Origin: Octopus bimaculoides
Lineage: Eukaryota
Direction of reading: 5' to 3'
Assembly (NCBI RefSeq): GCF_001194135.2
Contig: NC_068988.1
Coordinates: 33,988,329-34,052,328, forward strand
Length of the DNA: 64,000 nucleotides
In this document: piece by piece, positions 1 to 15,155 of the stretch
How the letters are laid out: each line of letters opens with the position of its first letter
Position numbering within the stretch: the first letter of the stretch is position 1
Position numbers and translations under genes: made by a program
The notes under the pieces: generated by a model
What the model saw: the letters and a program-made list of their open reading frames with translations, nothing else
What the model was told of the DNA's origin: nothing
The model's database searches: none

Positions 1-37
1 TTGCTGTTATCATTATTATTATCATTATTATTTTTAC

Positions 38-88
<51 letters not shown>

Positions 89-140
89 GTTATCCTAAGT
101 GGTATCATCATATTTATGATCATCGACATCATTGTCGTCG

Positions 141-172
<32 letters not shown>

Positions 173-176
173 GTCG

Positions 177-208
<32 letters not shown>

Positions 209-262
209 GACATCATCATCGACATCATCATCGTCTTCATTGTCATCATCACTATGAAATAC
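1..262. repeat. Compound trinucleotide microsatellite (ATT)n followed by (CAT/CGT/GAC)n
   Basis: Direct reading; it generates the poly-L/H/I/D/M ORFs in the track. Confidence 0.95.
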
Positions 263-499
263 ATCATTATCACAGTGAGTATCATGATATGTCAACTGAT
301 ATATATACGGCAACTTATTAACTAACATATCGCATGTGGAAACGTGATCAATATGGCGGATAAGATAAGCGTAACAAGATTTTCAATTGGTTATATTGAT
401 TCCCAGTTTTCTCTAGATACGCTGTATAGTGGTGGATATAATAGCATGCGCAGGCTTCTTGTGTGTGTAGAAAGTGTGGGTATATATAGGAGTCAAATG

Positions 500-1525
<1,026 letters not shown>

Positions 1526-2225
1526 GTGGGTATCTAACTTCCATATTGCTTGAGGCAGCATACATCTTTGAGCATGAACGCATATGTATAGTAGCCTCTT
1601 ACAACATGTTTGCTGGTTATATAATGTAGCATGTATATGTTTTTCTATGCGTGTGTATATATTAAATGAATTGCTGTTATTACGTGTTTTCCTTATTTAT
1701 ATTTGGATTAGTCTCTAAATGATTTCGTCGATAGGAGTGTATGTCGTCTACGTCCATTGATATACATATATATATATATATATATATANNNNNNNNNNNN
1801 NNNNNNNNNNNNNNNNNNNNNNNNNNNNNNNNNNNNNNNNNNNNNNNNNNNNNNNNNNNNNNNNNNNNNNNNNNNNNNNNNNNNNNNNNNNNNNNNNNNN
1901 NNNNNNNNNNNNNNNNNNNNNNNNNNNNNNNNNNNNNNNNNNNNNNNNNNNNNNNNNNNNNNNNNNNNNNNNNNNNNNNNNNNNNNNNNNNNNNNNNNNN
2001 NNNNNNNNNNNNNNNNNNNNNNNNNNNNNNNNNNNNNNNNNNNNNNNNNNNNNNNNNNNNNNNNNNNNNNNNNNNNNNNNNNNNNNNNNNNNNNNNNNNN
2101 NNNNNNNNNNNNNNNNNNNNNNNNNNNNNNNNNNNNNNNNNNNNNNNNNNNNNNNNNNNNNNNNNNNNNNNNNNNNNNNNNNNNNNNNNNNNNNNNNNNN
2201 NNNNNNNNNNNNNNNNNNNNNNNNN

Positions 2226-2270
<45 letters not shown>

Positions 2271-3049
2271 CATATATATATTACGCATACACACACATAT
2301 ATATACACACGCATATATATACACACACGCACATATATATGTATATATTTGTATGTATATATGCATATATGTATGTATATATTCAAAAACACATATACAT
2401 ATATTCAACTGCTAGTAGATGTATGTATGTTTGTGCATGGAGTATTCGTCTATGTAACGATAAACATAGAATGCAATAATTGTAGTATAATATTTATATA
2501 AAAGTGAGCCTTATATATTGACATATTCGCGAGAGTAAACCGATGCGTGCAGACGATTTTCTTCGTGTAAATCTTCGTTTTAATATTCATACACAACTAA
2601 AATATCTTCTTGCATGAAAACTTCGTTTCTCTTCCTAAACAAATTATTAGTATACGCATACATATTCTTCTCTACACGCTCCTGAACGCAAGTTCATGTA
2701 TACACATATCTGCAACTGCAGGTGCAAATCGATACAAAACCACGTATACTTAATTTTATCTGTAATGCCGCCAATCCTCTAGAATTATTCTATATCCCTT
2801 GTACCATGATTTTAATGTTAGATGGTTTGTTGCACATCAATAATCACAAACATTCTGAATTTAAACCAAAATTTGTGTTATAACGAAATCAATAATAAAC
2901 ATAAAATATATTTGGGATTAAATTCTGTGTCAGTATTTTTATATTTTACTAAATTCGGCGGAACTCCAGTTCAGTACTCAGTCTGAAATGTTTATGTATC
3001 CTCCTTAACACGATTGAAATATCATTTGCCTAAGCCCTACTCACAGATG

Positions 3050-3190
3050 ACTAAAATGGTTAAGAAGCTTCCTAGCAACCATGTGGTTTCGGGTTTAGTC
3101 TCACTGCACCGCACTTTGGGTAATATACTCAGTCTGACCAATGCCTTGTAAATGAATTTGTGAAAGAGTGCAGAAAACCACCATACATGC
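3050..3190 (+). mobile_element. Truncated, degenerate tRNA-derived SINE (family B in this report)
   Basis: GGTTAAGAAGCTTCCTAGCAACCATGTGGTTTCGGGTTTAGTCTCACTGC...GACCAATGCCTTGTAAATGAATTTG aligns by eye to the 5' half of the full copy at 47545-47944. Confidence 0.7.
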
Positions 3191-3779
3191 GTGGTGGGTG
3201 CGCGTGTTCCCTTGCATACAGTGAACTATCTATAACTACATGTCTGCTGTTTAATCCCTCCAACAATCTCTCTCCTTTCTTTATTTCTTTCCCTCAAAAA
3301 TGTTTCACCTTTCTCTTGCTAGATTTAGATTCACGTTAGGGTTTTATTGTTTCCCTTCAATTTTGGTGAAATCACTTGATCTAGCAGTAAAGAATGTTAG
3401 ATTCATGATCGCTAGGCTGTAACTTCAAAACGCGGACGGGTCACATGTAATGTTATTCAAGGCATTTCGTTTTATGTGCCTCAAGTCAGCTCTGCTGATA
3501 ATGTACCAGCAGCAGCAGCTGGAAGTTAAGCATGCTTGGGGTTGAGTACCGATCAGAATCTTGTATCTTCGGAAAATAAACACCTCAGAAAACCAAATAA
3601 ATTCATAAGCTTCGTAAGAGCATAAGCTCGAAGCGCACTTTCTTGTGCTTTATAAATTGCATGCGAATATGGTGAGACCCGCCATTTATTGCCAGTGCAT
3701 TAATATCTGCTACGTATGAAGCTAAGTGGTTGTCTTTGAATCGACAATTATTAAGTGTTTTCCCTTCGTAACACTACTT

Positions 3780-3990
3780 GTTTGCTCTTTATTAGATCTA
3801 TCCTCTCCAGTACCTTAACTAACTTGCTGAACCTTCTGTAAGGATATTCTCTTTTACTATGATATTTCTTGTAGAAGGGTGTCACATTTGTCATTGATTT
3901 AGCAGACTAAAAAACTAAGTCTTTCTTTTCTATCAGTCCTCTATAAACCTGTTTTTCATTGAATTCCAGTAGTAATCACTCCCTAATGCT
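3780..3990 (-). pseudogene. Small CR1-like LINE reverse transcriptase fragment
   Basis: The minus frame reads TNVTPFYKKYHSKREYPYRRFSKLVKVLERI, resembling the CR1 motif ANVTPIYKKG..NYRPISL..KVLERI. Confidence 0.35.
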
Positions 3991-4439
3991 TCAGAAAAAT
4001 TGGAAAGTAATCCATTTGAAAGAAAATCATGTTCTAGTTTGTTTTTTTTTATATATCAGTTGTCGATTTTAAACTACGTTATGTTATCGAAATATAGCTT
4101 TTCCCAGCTTCAGGCGTCGTATCCTTTTAGAACCTATCATTTATTATTTTTTTTACGCTCTTTTTAAATATACCATTTCCCGCCAAGTGGAAATCGCTGG
4201 AACACTCAATCGTTTTATCAACGCATATCATAGCGTTATTATAGTAAATTTCTCGATAATATAGTTACACGAAGTTTTTCTTCAAATGCCTTGAATCCTT
4301 CACATAGTTTCTCCTTCATTACATAGTCGTGGGTGTTTCAAATGTGTACACTTACTTTTAATGCTGATGAGGAACAATAGAAAAATGAAATAAGCATATC
4401 TTTCTTAAAGCAAATGTAACGTTACCTGGTTGCTAAAAT

Positions 4440-5395
4440 GAAATATATAATCAGGATGAAACTCCATGAAGTTTCAGGAAACCGATTTCTCCACTTTTCG
4501 CCGCACACAGATATGTCTAGCACTTGGAAGAGATAGATTTGTCTGACAGCTACAGCCATCCATCTTGCACCGGATAGTGATAGAATTTTACCGGCTAGTG
4601 ACCAATATTGTCGAAACGAATCGATTCAAGAACAGCTGACGCTTGGAATAACCATAATCTCTAGGCAGGAATGTTATTTTCACCTTTACTGCCAATATTG
4701 TTTTCTCCTTGCAGCAGGCTTCGGCAAATATCAGTAGAATTTAACCGAAGAACCGTTACCTCCGCGCTGGTAGTAGAGGATAAGTGCATTGTCAACAGCT
4801 TAACGGGATCATATGAAAAGCGATCCTGTGATACTATTTCCTGATACGTATCTTGGTTCAATAAAGTGAGAAGAGCATATCAGCTTTGTCTACCCTACCC
4901 ATTTTGCGGTGGTAAATTTCAACTCTATTAAAATGGGGTACTTTCACTTTCTTGTGATTCTTACTGATGCAGCGGTTGGCCTCTGATGCAGGACTCCAAC
5001 TGAATAAGTTTTAAATTGTTAGGACGCGACGATTGTTATATCATCCACAAATCACAGGATTGTAACATTTTTATACAAACTCACAGATGGATCCACGTCC
5101 CTCCTTTCTCATTGCTGATTTTGTATGTATAGGGCAACCTCCTAATTTATTAGTCTGGAGCATGCCAACAGCAAAGATTCCCTAATATCTAAGATGAATC
5201 ATAATTTCAGAGTTTGCAAATAAGTTATCAAAGAAAACCTTAAGCTTATCCTTTTCAAGATCCTCTGTGAATTGTATCACCCCATTCTTGCTCTCTCCAA
5301 ACTCATACAAAACGAACATTTTCAGGTAGCCTTTTTGCATCTTTTCCCCCGATGACTTTAAACTCGTAAATGTAGCCCCATATTCCTGCACGAAA
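4440..5395 (-). mobile_element. Degraded piggyBac-superfamily (PGBD-like) transposase
   Basis: Minus-strand translation through stops gives KVFFDNLF (second catalytic D region), GIFAVGMLQTNKLGGCP, KEGRGS, EIYHRKMGRVDKADMLFSLY (third D motif, YNxxMGGVDxxD), KIRIRK*YHRIAFHM and RFDNIGH*P. A Cys-rich tail follows (RCKMDGCSCQT..SKC*TYLC). There are multiple stops and frameshifts, and no TIRs were located. Confidence 0.88.
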
Positions 5396-6079
5396 TTATA
5401 TTTTGTAAATTTGCTTCAGCTGTCAAAAGAACTACAATCGAAAAAAATATAACAGGCTGCAGGATATGTTGATGATAAAATATCTATCAAAACACAGGAA
5501 TAACTTGTATGCAAAGCTACATCATCATTCAGGGTGAATATATTCATTGAAATATCCTACACGTACAAACAAAAATATAAATATTGCTGTTCTGAATTCT
5601 TTAGTTTCCTGATGTACTCTTTAAGTATAGACAAAACTTCGTAATGATATATACACAGATATCAAAGAAAACAATAAACAAACATATACATTAGAAAGAA
5701 TGGGCATATCTGAATATAACCAAACGGAAAATTAAGAAAAGTAAGTCTTCACTTGCCTATATTTGAAGAAAAACTGCTCAACTGACTGAAAATTTCAGGT
5801 ATCCTAGTTGCGGTTGCTATTTTGAAAGAAAACTTCATGAGTTTCCCACAATGCATTTGATTGTAAACATTAGACATGCTTGGGGTGTTAGCTAAAATTA
5901 TAAACTAATCGTGACCTGTTCAAAGTCATCGGACACTTTAATTTTTTTACATTTATGTGTACACTACGACTTATAGTGTTAAACTCAGAAAGAACACAAA
6001 AAAAGATATATTTTCAATATTTTATTTTAAATTCAGCATGACATTTTATCCACCTTTTTTTTTTACCTATTTCGTTTAG

Positions 6080-6151
6080 GTATGCAGGTATGGATACATC
6101 TATGCGTTGATGGATGGATAACATGATGGGCTCATGAATCGCGGATGTAAG
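6080..6151 (+). other. Candidate 72-nt spliced exon, apparently non-coding (stops in all three frames)
   Basis: Acceptor TTTTTTTTACCTATTTCGTTTAG| before 6080 and donor AAG|GTAAGT after 6151. No other support. Confidence 0.25.
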
Positions 6152-7089
6152 GTAAGTACACTTGTAGCATCTATTAGTCTTTTATATAAGTGAGAACGCT
6201 TACTGAGGAGGATAAAAAAAATAGATCGGAACGAGTTATCAAGTTTACTTTTCAACCTGCCACACCACCTGCAGATATGATACGTACACACATNNNNNNN
6301 NNNNNNNNNNNNNNNNNNNNNNNNNNNNNNNNNNNNNNNNNNNNNNNNNNNNNNNNNNNNNNNNNNNNNNNNNNNNNNNNNNNNNNNNNNNNNNNNNNNN
6401 NNNNNNNNNNNNNNNNNNNNNNNNNNNNNNNNNNNNNNNNNNNNNNNNNNNNNNNNNNATATATATATATATATATATATATAAATATACCGGTATATGT
6501 GGTGGTGGAGGTGGTGGTGCTGGTGCTGGTGGTGAGTTTTGTGTATAAGCATGTATATGCATGCGTAAATATATACTTATCATGTCGAATGGCAGAAAAT
6601 ATTCTGGGAGGGCGTTCTCTTTTCTAATGATCCTGATATACAAGTATAATTAAATATGACAGAGGAGGAAAAATTCATTGGCATATATACATTTATTTTA
6701 ACACCATACAACTGCACACCACTTCTATACTTATCATATATTACACCAATTCTTGAGCTTTACTCGTGTTTGTGAATCATGCCAACTTATATTAGTGTTT
6801 TGTTTTCGTATATTTAAACGAATATCTTCATTACTCTTTTTAAGTATCCCGACACAGGGGAAGTGATAATTATAATGGTATACAATTCACAAGATTTCAT
6901 TTCGACAGGTATATTGCAACAACGCCCTTAATTACCATGTTCTTTATCTAAGGTTTCAAATTGGAATTACTGGGTGGGGGCGATGTGAAGTTTTCCTTAA
7001 GTGTTGTTCCCTGCCAATCTCTATTCAATAGTTTCCTCGCCAGGGTTCTTCATTGATGTGCATATACATATAACCGATTCATTGCAAGC

Positions 7090-7122
7090 TATCTATCTTT
7101 ATAAATATCTGTCCAATCCATC

Positions 7123-7186
<64 letters not shown>

Positions 7187-7193
7187 CATCTAC

Positions 7194-7231
<38 letters not shown>

Positions 7232-7243
7232 CTCTATCTATCA

Positions 7244-7297
<54 letters not shown>

Positions 7298-7305
7298 TTA
7301 TCCCT
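7090..7305. repeat. (TCTA)n tetranucleotide microsatellite
   Basis: Direct reading. Confidence 0.97.
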
Positions 7306-7439
7306 CTCTCTATTTGTGTGTGTGTTTTATTTTCCTTTTATGTGTTACAGCCATGCGGCTGCGGTCATGTTGGAGTACAGTCATCGTGACTTTGCACCCT
7401 TTCCACAGCCCTCATATGTGGTTAATCACTCCTGCGTGG

Positions 7440-8610
7440 TGGAATTTCATGTCATCATGCTTGTGCATTTTTTCTTGGATTACAAAGGGTATGTAAAGGA
7501 TTTTGATACCGCGACCCTCATCTTTACTTCATGCCGGAATGTTGGTTCCTCTGGTCTCGTGTATAGGACAATGTTCAATTTCTTTTGATAACATCCACCT
7601 GCCTGTATAGATTTCTTAATTATTTTGGCAGAATATTTAAGAGCTGTGGGTCTTTGAGCGTTATGTTATTATAGTACCTGGTTCGCTGTTTAGATGGACT
7701 GGAAGGTCATTTTGGTATTATGCAATAATGTGGATTACAGGCATTTATATAACTCTTGACGCTGATGTTAAAGAGAAGCCCTCCAGTATTCTGCACTTAA
7801 AAATTATTTCTCATATCTTGTGTTTTCACTCCAGAGAGTAAAGTCCTTTTCTTTATAGCTTCTCCTAGTAGTTCATCTCCTGCACTGTGGAAATTTGATT
7901 TTAGTATAGTAGCGTTCAATCGCCTCAAGCTTCGCTATGAGTTTAACTCTGTTCGGTGACAGTAGCTTTTCTTATATTAAACTACATGCTGTTTTGTTCA
8001 TCCCACTTGGAGATTCTATTTAGGGTCGCGTTGCAGGTTTCAGGCATCGCTTGGGATCTATATTCCCTGTGATTATTGTATACCATCGGCATAACTAGTG
8101 ACAGCAGTTGTCTGATTGACTACGGGCATGTCAAATATAGCTACTATAAACAGTAATGGCGTGAATGACTCCTCTTGGAATGTGTGTTTACCTAGAGAAG
8201 GAACCATTGGTTGCAACTGCCTGACTTTACCAGCTATGCCAAAATATTGCAGCTTGTGACATATCACGCCATGATCCACCTTGTCAAATGTCGTTGCAAA
8301 GTCAAAATATATCAAATGGCCATTTGCAACGTCGAGCAACAGATTTAAAACCTGGTCGCAGTGGCGCAAGAGCTGTATTAGACCGAATTTTCCAGGACAG
8401 AATCTATACTGTGTATCGATTAGCAAGGCATTTTCTTCTAGGAACGTTATCAGTTTCTTCTGACGATTTGTTTTATGATTGTGATGATATGTTAAGTCAA
8501 AGAGATAGACCTGTAGTTTCTAGTCTCCACTCTCCTCCAGTCTTTATGGGTAGGGCATATGATGCTCCCCTTGGGTATTTTAGGAAGTTTACTCACTTGT
8601 AAGATAGCTA
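7440..8610 (-). mobile_element. CR1-clade non-LTR retrotransposon ORF2 fossil (RT and C-terminus)
   Basis: ORF 8073-8426 reads QYRFCPGKFGLIQLL..IYFDFATTFDKVDHGVICHKLQYFGIAGK..PLLFIVAIFDMP..SYADG (RT domains). Downstream are LEAIERYYTKI and MNY*EKL*RKGLYSLE, like the CR1 LExVQRxFTK..YxERL..LYSLERRR motif. It has internal deletions and frameshifts. Confidence 0.88.
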
Positions 8611-9547
8611 AAAATGTATTCAAAATGGTTCTGCGGACATCACATCAAGAAGATACCTGGGAAACTATCGAAACCAGTAGCTAACTTTTATCCAATTTCA
8701 TCAATAGCCGCGAAAGCAATCTTCCGCGAAGCAATTTTCGAATCCATAAGGAATATACGCGCGCGCGCACACATACACGAGCTCTTNNNNNNNNNNCCCC
8801 AAGTACAACAACATCTGTTTCAACACACGATTTCACATAAAAAATCTTGCAAAACAAATATATATATATATATTTATATATATATATATATGCATGTATG
8901 TATAATATGCATGCACGGATATGTAGATATATGCATATATAGAGAGTTGTGCCTTGGTAGCCAGCTGGAAAATATATTTTCCTGGGGTAAACAAAAAGGC
9001 AGTAACATCTTCATAATCGCAAAATATACTGATAATGACTACAGAAATCAACAATCAACTGATTGAAGGCAGACGGGCTAAGACAATATCTCAGTATATA
9101 TTCAAGTATTTCTGTAGTTATTATCAGTGCATTTTGGCGATTTAAATAAGAGGTTTGACTATTATTTCCAGCACGTAGACATACCTAGTATGTTTTTTGA
9201 TTAACTTTAATCATTCATCAATTTAATGATTTTGTGGGCCTATATTATTGATTCTGTTGTTATCATTTATTGAATTGTTACACTAGATATTAACAGAGTC
9301 AATCATATCTTCGCAAATATTTACATCATAAGTGGGAAAATAATTGTTTTGTAAACGCTTGTTCATGTAATTTTGTGTTAGTGAGTGTGTCAGCATGTAT
9401 GTGTTTTTGGATGTCTGTGTGTTTGTTTTCTAATTTGAGCTAAAACTAGTACCGTTACTAATAACGAATACATATATATATGTGTGTATGTATGTGTGTG
9501 TGTGTGTAAATGTATATACCCATTCATACAATTCATACAGACACTCA

Positions 9548-9695
<148 letters not shown>

Positions 9696-9884
9696 TATAT
9701 GTATATGTGTGTATATACGTACCCGTGGGAGTGAATGTGTGTTTATAGGGTAGATATTTGTAAGTTTCCCTTACAAAGTATGACGCAACTCAAGACTAAG
9801 TTAGTATACAACTACTCAAAGTGGGATTGAATTGGAAACGTTGTTGTTATAAAGAGAATTCTAAAACATTCAGTTATTTCATGT

Positions 9885-10252
9885 TCTCAAAATGGAATAC
9901 ATTTTACTTCAAAATTTGCGTCAGTACACAAAACTCGTAAACTTCCTTCATGTATCATCGAATGGTTGTGCCCAAAAAGAAGAGAATATACAACAGAAAA
10001 TAATAAAATACATCTGAGAACATGAAAATTTAAATTAAATTTCGAAGATATGCAACTGATAAGTTCGACATTATTTAAAAACCCAGCGGTAATAGTAAAG
10101 GCGATTATCGAAGCGTATCTAATGAGGCACTAAAGGAAGTATATCTAGACGGAAGAAAAACGAAATATATCAGGCGTATCACATATAAACGGTGAATATA
10201 TACATTAGTCGAACAAAATAACTAAAGATATTGGCATTAAAATAACCATAAA
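9885..10252 (+). repeat. Copy 1 of a ~370-bp diverged local duplication
   Basis: Aligns to 12070-12452. The core 10103-10189 vs 12303-12389 shows 8 substitutions in 87 bp and no indels (manual alignment). Confidence 0.9.
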
Positions 10253-10396
10253 CTCAGCAGGGTTATTTATTTGGATGTGGATGTGTCCCAGTAAGGAGGT
10301 GAAATTTTGGGGTCTGCATCTGTAGAGTTAAACATACATACATATATATGTATGCATGTATGTTGCATACAAATATATATATCTATGCATGTACGT

Positions 10397-10445
<49 letters not shown>

Positions 10446-11076
10446 CGTACGTGTGTGTGTATATATTNNNNNNNNNNTGTGTATATATTTATATGCACGT
10501 ATATATATATATGTATATATGTATTTATATATATGTCTCCATATGCATATATATGTGGGAGGTGTATATCTGGATGTGTTTGTTTGTTTGTGTGTGAATC
10601 CTAACACGTAGTACTCTACCTATTCCCAATATGGAACGTAAGGAGAAATACGGGTTGAACAATGCTACCACCGCTCCTGGGCAATTTTCGTCAGCTACTG
10701 ATATAGTACTCTGCTTTTTTTTTAAAACTAGAATTTTCGAAGAGATGTTTTTGAACAGTTGGCTTACATCGTTCGCTTCACATAAGTCGCTAGTGGATAC
10801 TTACTATTAATGAAGTGCAAAGAAGCATAACTCCGGCTTTAGCATTGCAGACTGCTGCTGATGGAGGATTCTCTCTTGCTGGTGATATCCTTTTGTGGTT
10901 TTTAAACACTACACGACTGCAAGAGATGTATTCTCGAGACGAATACTCCTGTTTAGATAGCTTTCAGTAGTGTATCTGATTTAAGTTTGACTGACAGTTT
11001 GCAAATTGGAACTAATACTCCTACCGTTGCTAGTAACCTAAATATATATATATATATATATATATANNNNNNNNNN

Positions 11077-11193
<117 letters not shown>

Positions 11194-12069
11194 AAAATTA
11201 AAACTAGATGAAATGTCAGGGTTTATATGATAATAACAACAATTGTTTCTGTGCATTGGTAACCGGTGTTAGTTCTTGTTTTTTTCTTTTTCATAAAATA
11301 CTATTACATAAATATCATATAATGCAATATGATCCAGCAGCAGCTCTGTAACCCAACATCATCAGGTGAGTGGCTTTGAGAGCACTGATGGATCCCATCC
11401 AGTTGTCCATTGTTTTATACTATATTTTGTTTTAACATTCCATTTATACTAAGTAGCATGCAGATCGTAGTAAACGCGAAAGCTACTAATTACAAAACAA
11501 CTTTACTCAACGTAAATAAAAATTAATGCCATCATCATGTTACAAAATTTTTATATAATTCTTGTTACACTAACGAAGTGTATATCGAGTAAATGTGTAA
11601 CCTTGCTGTGTGATGACATGTGGTAGCCAATAACGTATAGGAGCTTTGAAATGCACGCTATGAGCTTATTATCTAGATGATATTAAATGCAGACACACAA
11701 GCAATACATACATTAATACATACTGACACTCATATATAGAAACACATACACCTGCGCTTATGCGTGTGTATGTGTGTACGTGTGGATATATATGTGTGCG
11801 TGTGTGCGTGCGTGCGTGTGTGCGTGCGTGTGTGTCCGTGTGTGTGCGTGTGGGTGTGTGTATGGGCGCGTGCGTTGTGTGTGTGTGTGTGCGTGTGTGT
11901 GTGTGTGTGTGAATGCTTTGGAATGAATGTTTGTGCATTGGAGAGATACTTGTACAATTTCCATTTGCACAAGATGAGGTTAGAACACAACTTCCGAAAG
12001 TCAGGTTATATATATATATCGGGAACCACGTCATTGAACAGCGTATTATTAACCACACTGCCATGCCTG

Positions 12070-12452
12070 CTCCCATAATGGAACGATTTTTGTTTAAAAT
12101 GTGCTTCAGTAAGCAAAAATCCAAAAATTCCTTTTTATATTTTGTCAAATGTCTCTGCCCAACAGGAAGAGAATGTGCAAGAGACAATAATAAAGGCAAA
12201 ATTTTAGAAAACATCAAAATAAATATAAATATATTTCGAAGATATGCGATAGATAAGTTCGACATTATTTAACATCTTGGAGGCGGTGGAAATAATAAAC
12301 AATATTATCGAAGCGAATTTAATGAGGCACTAAAGTGTGTATATCTAGACGAAAGAAAAACGAATTATATCAGGCGTATCACATATAAAACAGCGAATAT
12401 ATACAGCAGTCGAAATAATAACTAAAGATATTGACATTAAAATCACCATAAA
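12070..12452 (+). repeat. Copy 2 of the ~370-bp diverged local duplication
   Basis: See 9885-10252. Confidence 0.9.
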
Positions 12453-14153
12453 CAAAGCAATAAAATAGCTTGCCTGGAAAAAGTACATGGAAAACATTAA
12501 TGGTAAGATGTGTTTTGGAAATAATATGATATTCTAAATGGAATTATGAAAACCTGAACGACTGAAAGGAAGCAATACTATGCAAATTCACACACATATA
12601 TACGTTCATACACATAAATATGTTATATATATATATATNNNNNNNNNNNNNNNNNNNNNNNNNNNNNNNNNNNNNNNNNNNNNNNNNNNNNNNNNNNNNN
12701 NNNNNNNNNNNNNNNNNNNNNNNNNNNNNNNNNNNNNNNNNNNNNNNNNNNNNNNNNNNNNNNNNNNNNNNNNNNNNNNNNNNNNNNNNNNNNNNNNNNN
12801 NNNNNNNNNNNNNNNNNNNNNNNNNNNNNNNNNNNNNNNNNNNNNNNNNNNNNNNNNNNNNNNNNNNNNNNNNNNNNNNNNNNNNNNNNNNNNNNNNNNN
12901 NNNNNNNNNNNNNNNNNNNNNNNNNNNNNNNNNNNNNNNNNNNNNNNNNNNNNNNNNNNNNNNNNNNNNNNNNNNNNNNNNNNNNNNNNNNNNNNNNNNN
13001 NNNNNNNNNNNNNNNNNNNNNNNNNNNNNNNNNNNNNNNNNNNNNNNNNNNNNNNNNNNNNNNNNNNNNNNNNNNNNNNNNNNNNNNNNNNNNNNNNNNN
13101 NNNNNNNNNNNNNNNNNNNNNNNNNNNNNNNNNNNNNNNNNNNNNNNNNNNNNNNNNNNNNNNNNNNNNNNNNNNNNNNNNNNNNNNNNNNNNNNNNNNN
13201 NNNNNNNNNNNNNNNNNNNNNNNNNNNNNNNNNNNNNNNNNNNNNNNNNNNNNNNNNNNNNNNNNNATATATATAAATTCTCTGTTACAGTAAGATCAAT
13301 TAAAGGTGTTATATCCGGAGAGAAATAACGATCATTTAATGTACGCAGTATAAAGTTACGAGCTACTAATGGTTTCATGCATTGGAGACAGGGCTTCGAT
13401 GTTCTTAGCCATTATTTTCGCTAAAAGTAGATATATTCTGTTACCCGTTATTCGTCGATTTTGTTATTCGTCTCTTTGTGCAAAATTGTATATTCTGTTA
13501 TCTGTCTAATTATGTACAATATTTGTCTACCCATAACTTTCTTGCACCATGACTTTCTCGTCAACCCTTAATTTCTTGCAGTACCTCGCGTAGTACCACC
13601 GTAGCTGGTACTACGGTAATGTTACAGCGACTCAGTTGAGATAGGAGTCGCTGTCCTTAGCTATCATATTACACTTTCAGAAACTATATTTGTAACCTCA
13701 ACGGCCAACTTTGTTGGTCATTCTCTCCTTTCAATGTTGGCCTCGACAGACTTCAGCCACGTCGTTGCTGTATTTTTGTTTGTAGAATTACGTTTCATCT
13801 GATGATTACGCTTTTTTGTAATGGAGTAATGTTCGCATTCTTCTATCCCAAAAGATGTATAAGAAACTATTGTAATGAGGTGATAATTATCCATCGAATG
13901 TTATTATTCATTTGATTATAATACCGCAAGGAGATTTAAGACTTGTCAGACACCAACAACATACAATTCAAGGTAGCGCTTGCTTTAGACCAGCCCCATA
14001 GGCGCTAAATACTCATAAGGTTGTTTTTTTTCTGAGTACACAACCGGAATATCCTATTTGATATTTACCAAACATCGGCCGGAACAACAGGTTTATCCAA
14101 CCCTACCTGGAGTATATATTTTCAAGTACTTGATTCTATCTGAATTCTTCTTT

Positions 14154-14221
<68 letters not shown>

Positions 14222-14231
14222 NNNNNNNNNN

Positions 14232-14306
<75 letters not shown>

Positions 14307-14672
14307 TGTGTGTATGTATATATGTATATATAAAAATGTATTTACATATACATACATGCATACATATACGTGCATACATACATGCATACATATACGTGCA
14401 TACATACATGCATACATACATACATTCATACATACATACATACGTACATACATACATATATATAAGTACGTTTATATATATCAAACAAAGCATGTTTATC
14501 TGCATCCCTGTTTCCAGATCAGCTTAACTGGATTTCATATAGCCACTCTTTACCCTTGGACTCAGCCTCGGATAAACACTTCGGAATATAAGTTCAAATC
14601 ATTTCAGCACTACTGTTTTCTATATTGAGAATCTCTTTATCTCAAACGTTGAATGTTTGCGTGTGTGTGTGT

Positions 14673-14728
<56 letters not shown>

Positions 14729-15118
14729 ACGCACAGCAGTTAACAGGTGAAATATAATTTTGCCAGTTTATTGTGTATTCACAGCATGAAACTAATAATA
14801 GCGCATCTTTAAGCTGTTGTATTCTATGTTGATCCTACCAATAACAACAGGAATCTCTATATACATATGTGCGTGTATCTCATAGCGTATATTTATATAT
14901 GAACGCACAATATATTTTTACGTGTAGAATTTTATGAGGGCTTCTCTCATGGTATCTACGACAGTAATGTTTGTTCGAACAGGGCATTCACGTTTAAGTG
15001 GGAATAAATATTACGTGTATGCTTATGCACATGTATATTTATGACTATTCCGGTATACATGCACATATGGTGCTCATATATATATACATATATATATATG
15101 TGTGTGTGTGTGTGTATT

Positions 15119-15155
<37 letters not shown>

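Noticed and set aside
1-328. His-, Asp-, Met- and Leu-rich ORFs
   Set aside because: All frames are open only because of (ATT)n/(CAT)n repeats; there is no codon diversity and no splice context.
8614-8720. KIPGKLSKPVANFYPISSI, vaguely like the LINE KPGK..NYRPISL motif on the plus strand
   Set aside because: Too short, with no flanking RT motifs.
10800-10970. Open frames on both strands (INEVQRSITPALALQTAADGGFSLAGDILLWF.. / RVVFKNHKRISPARENPP..)
   Set aside because: No recognisable homology and only partial splice-site support; indistinguishable from chance.
14518-14591. Acceptor followed by DQLNWISYSHSLPLDSASDKHFGI*
   Set aside because: A single splice site, two frames equally open and no partner exon.
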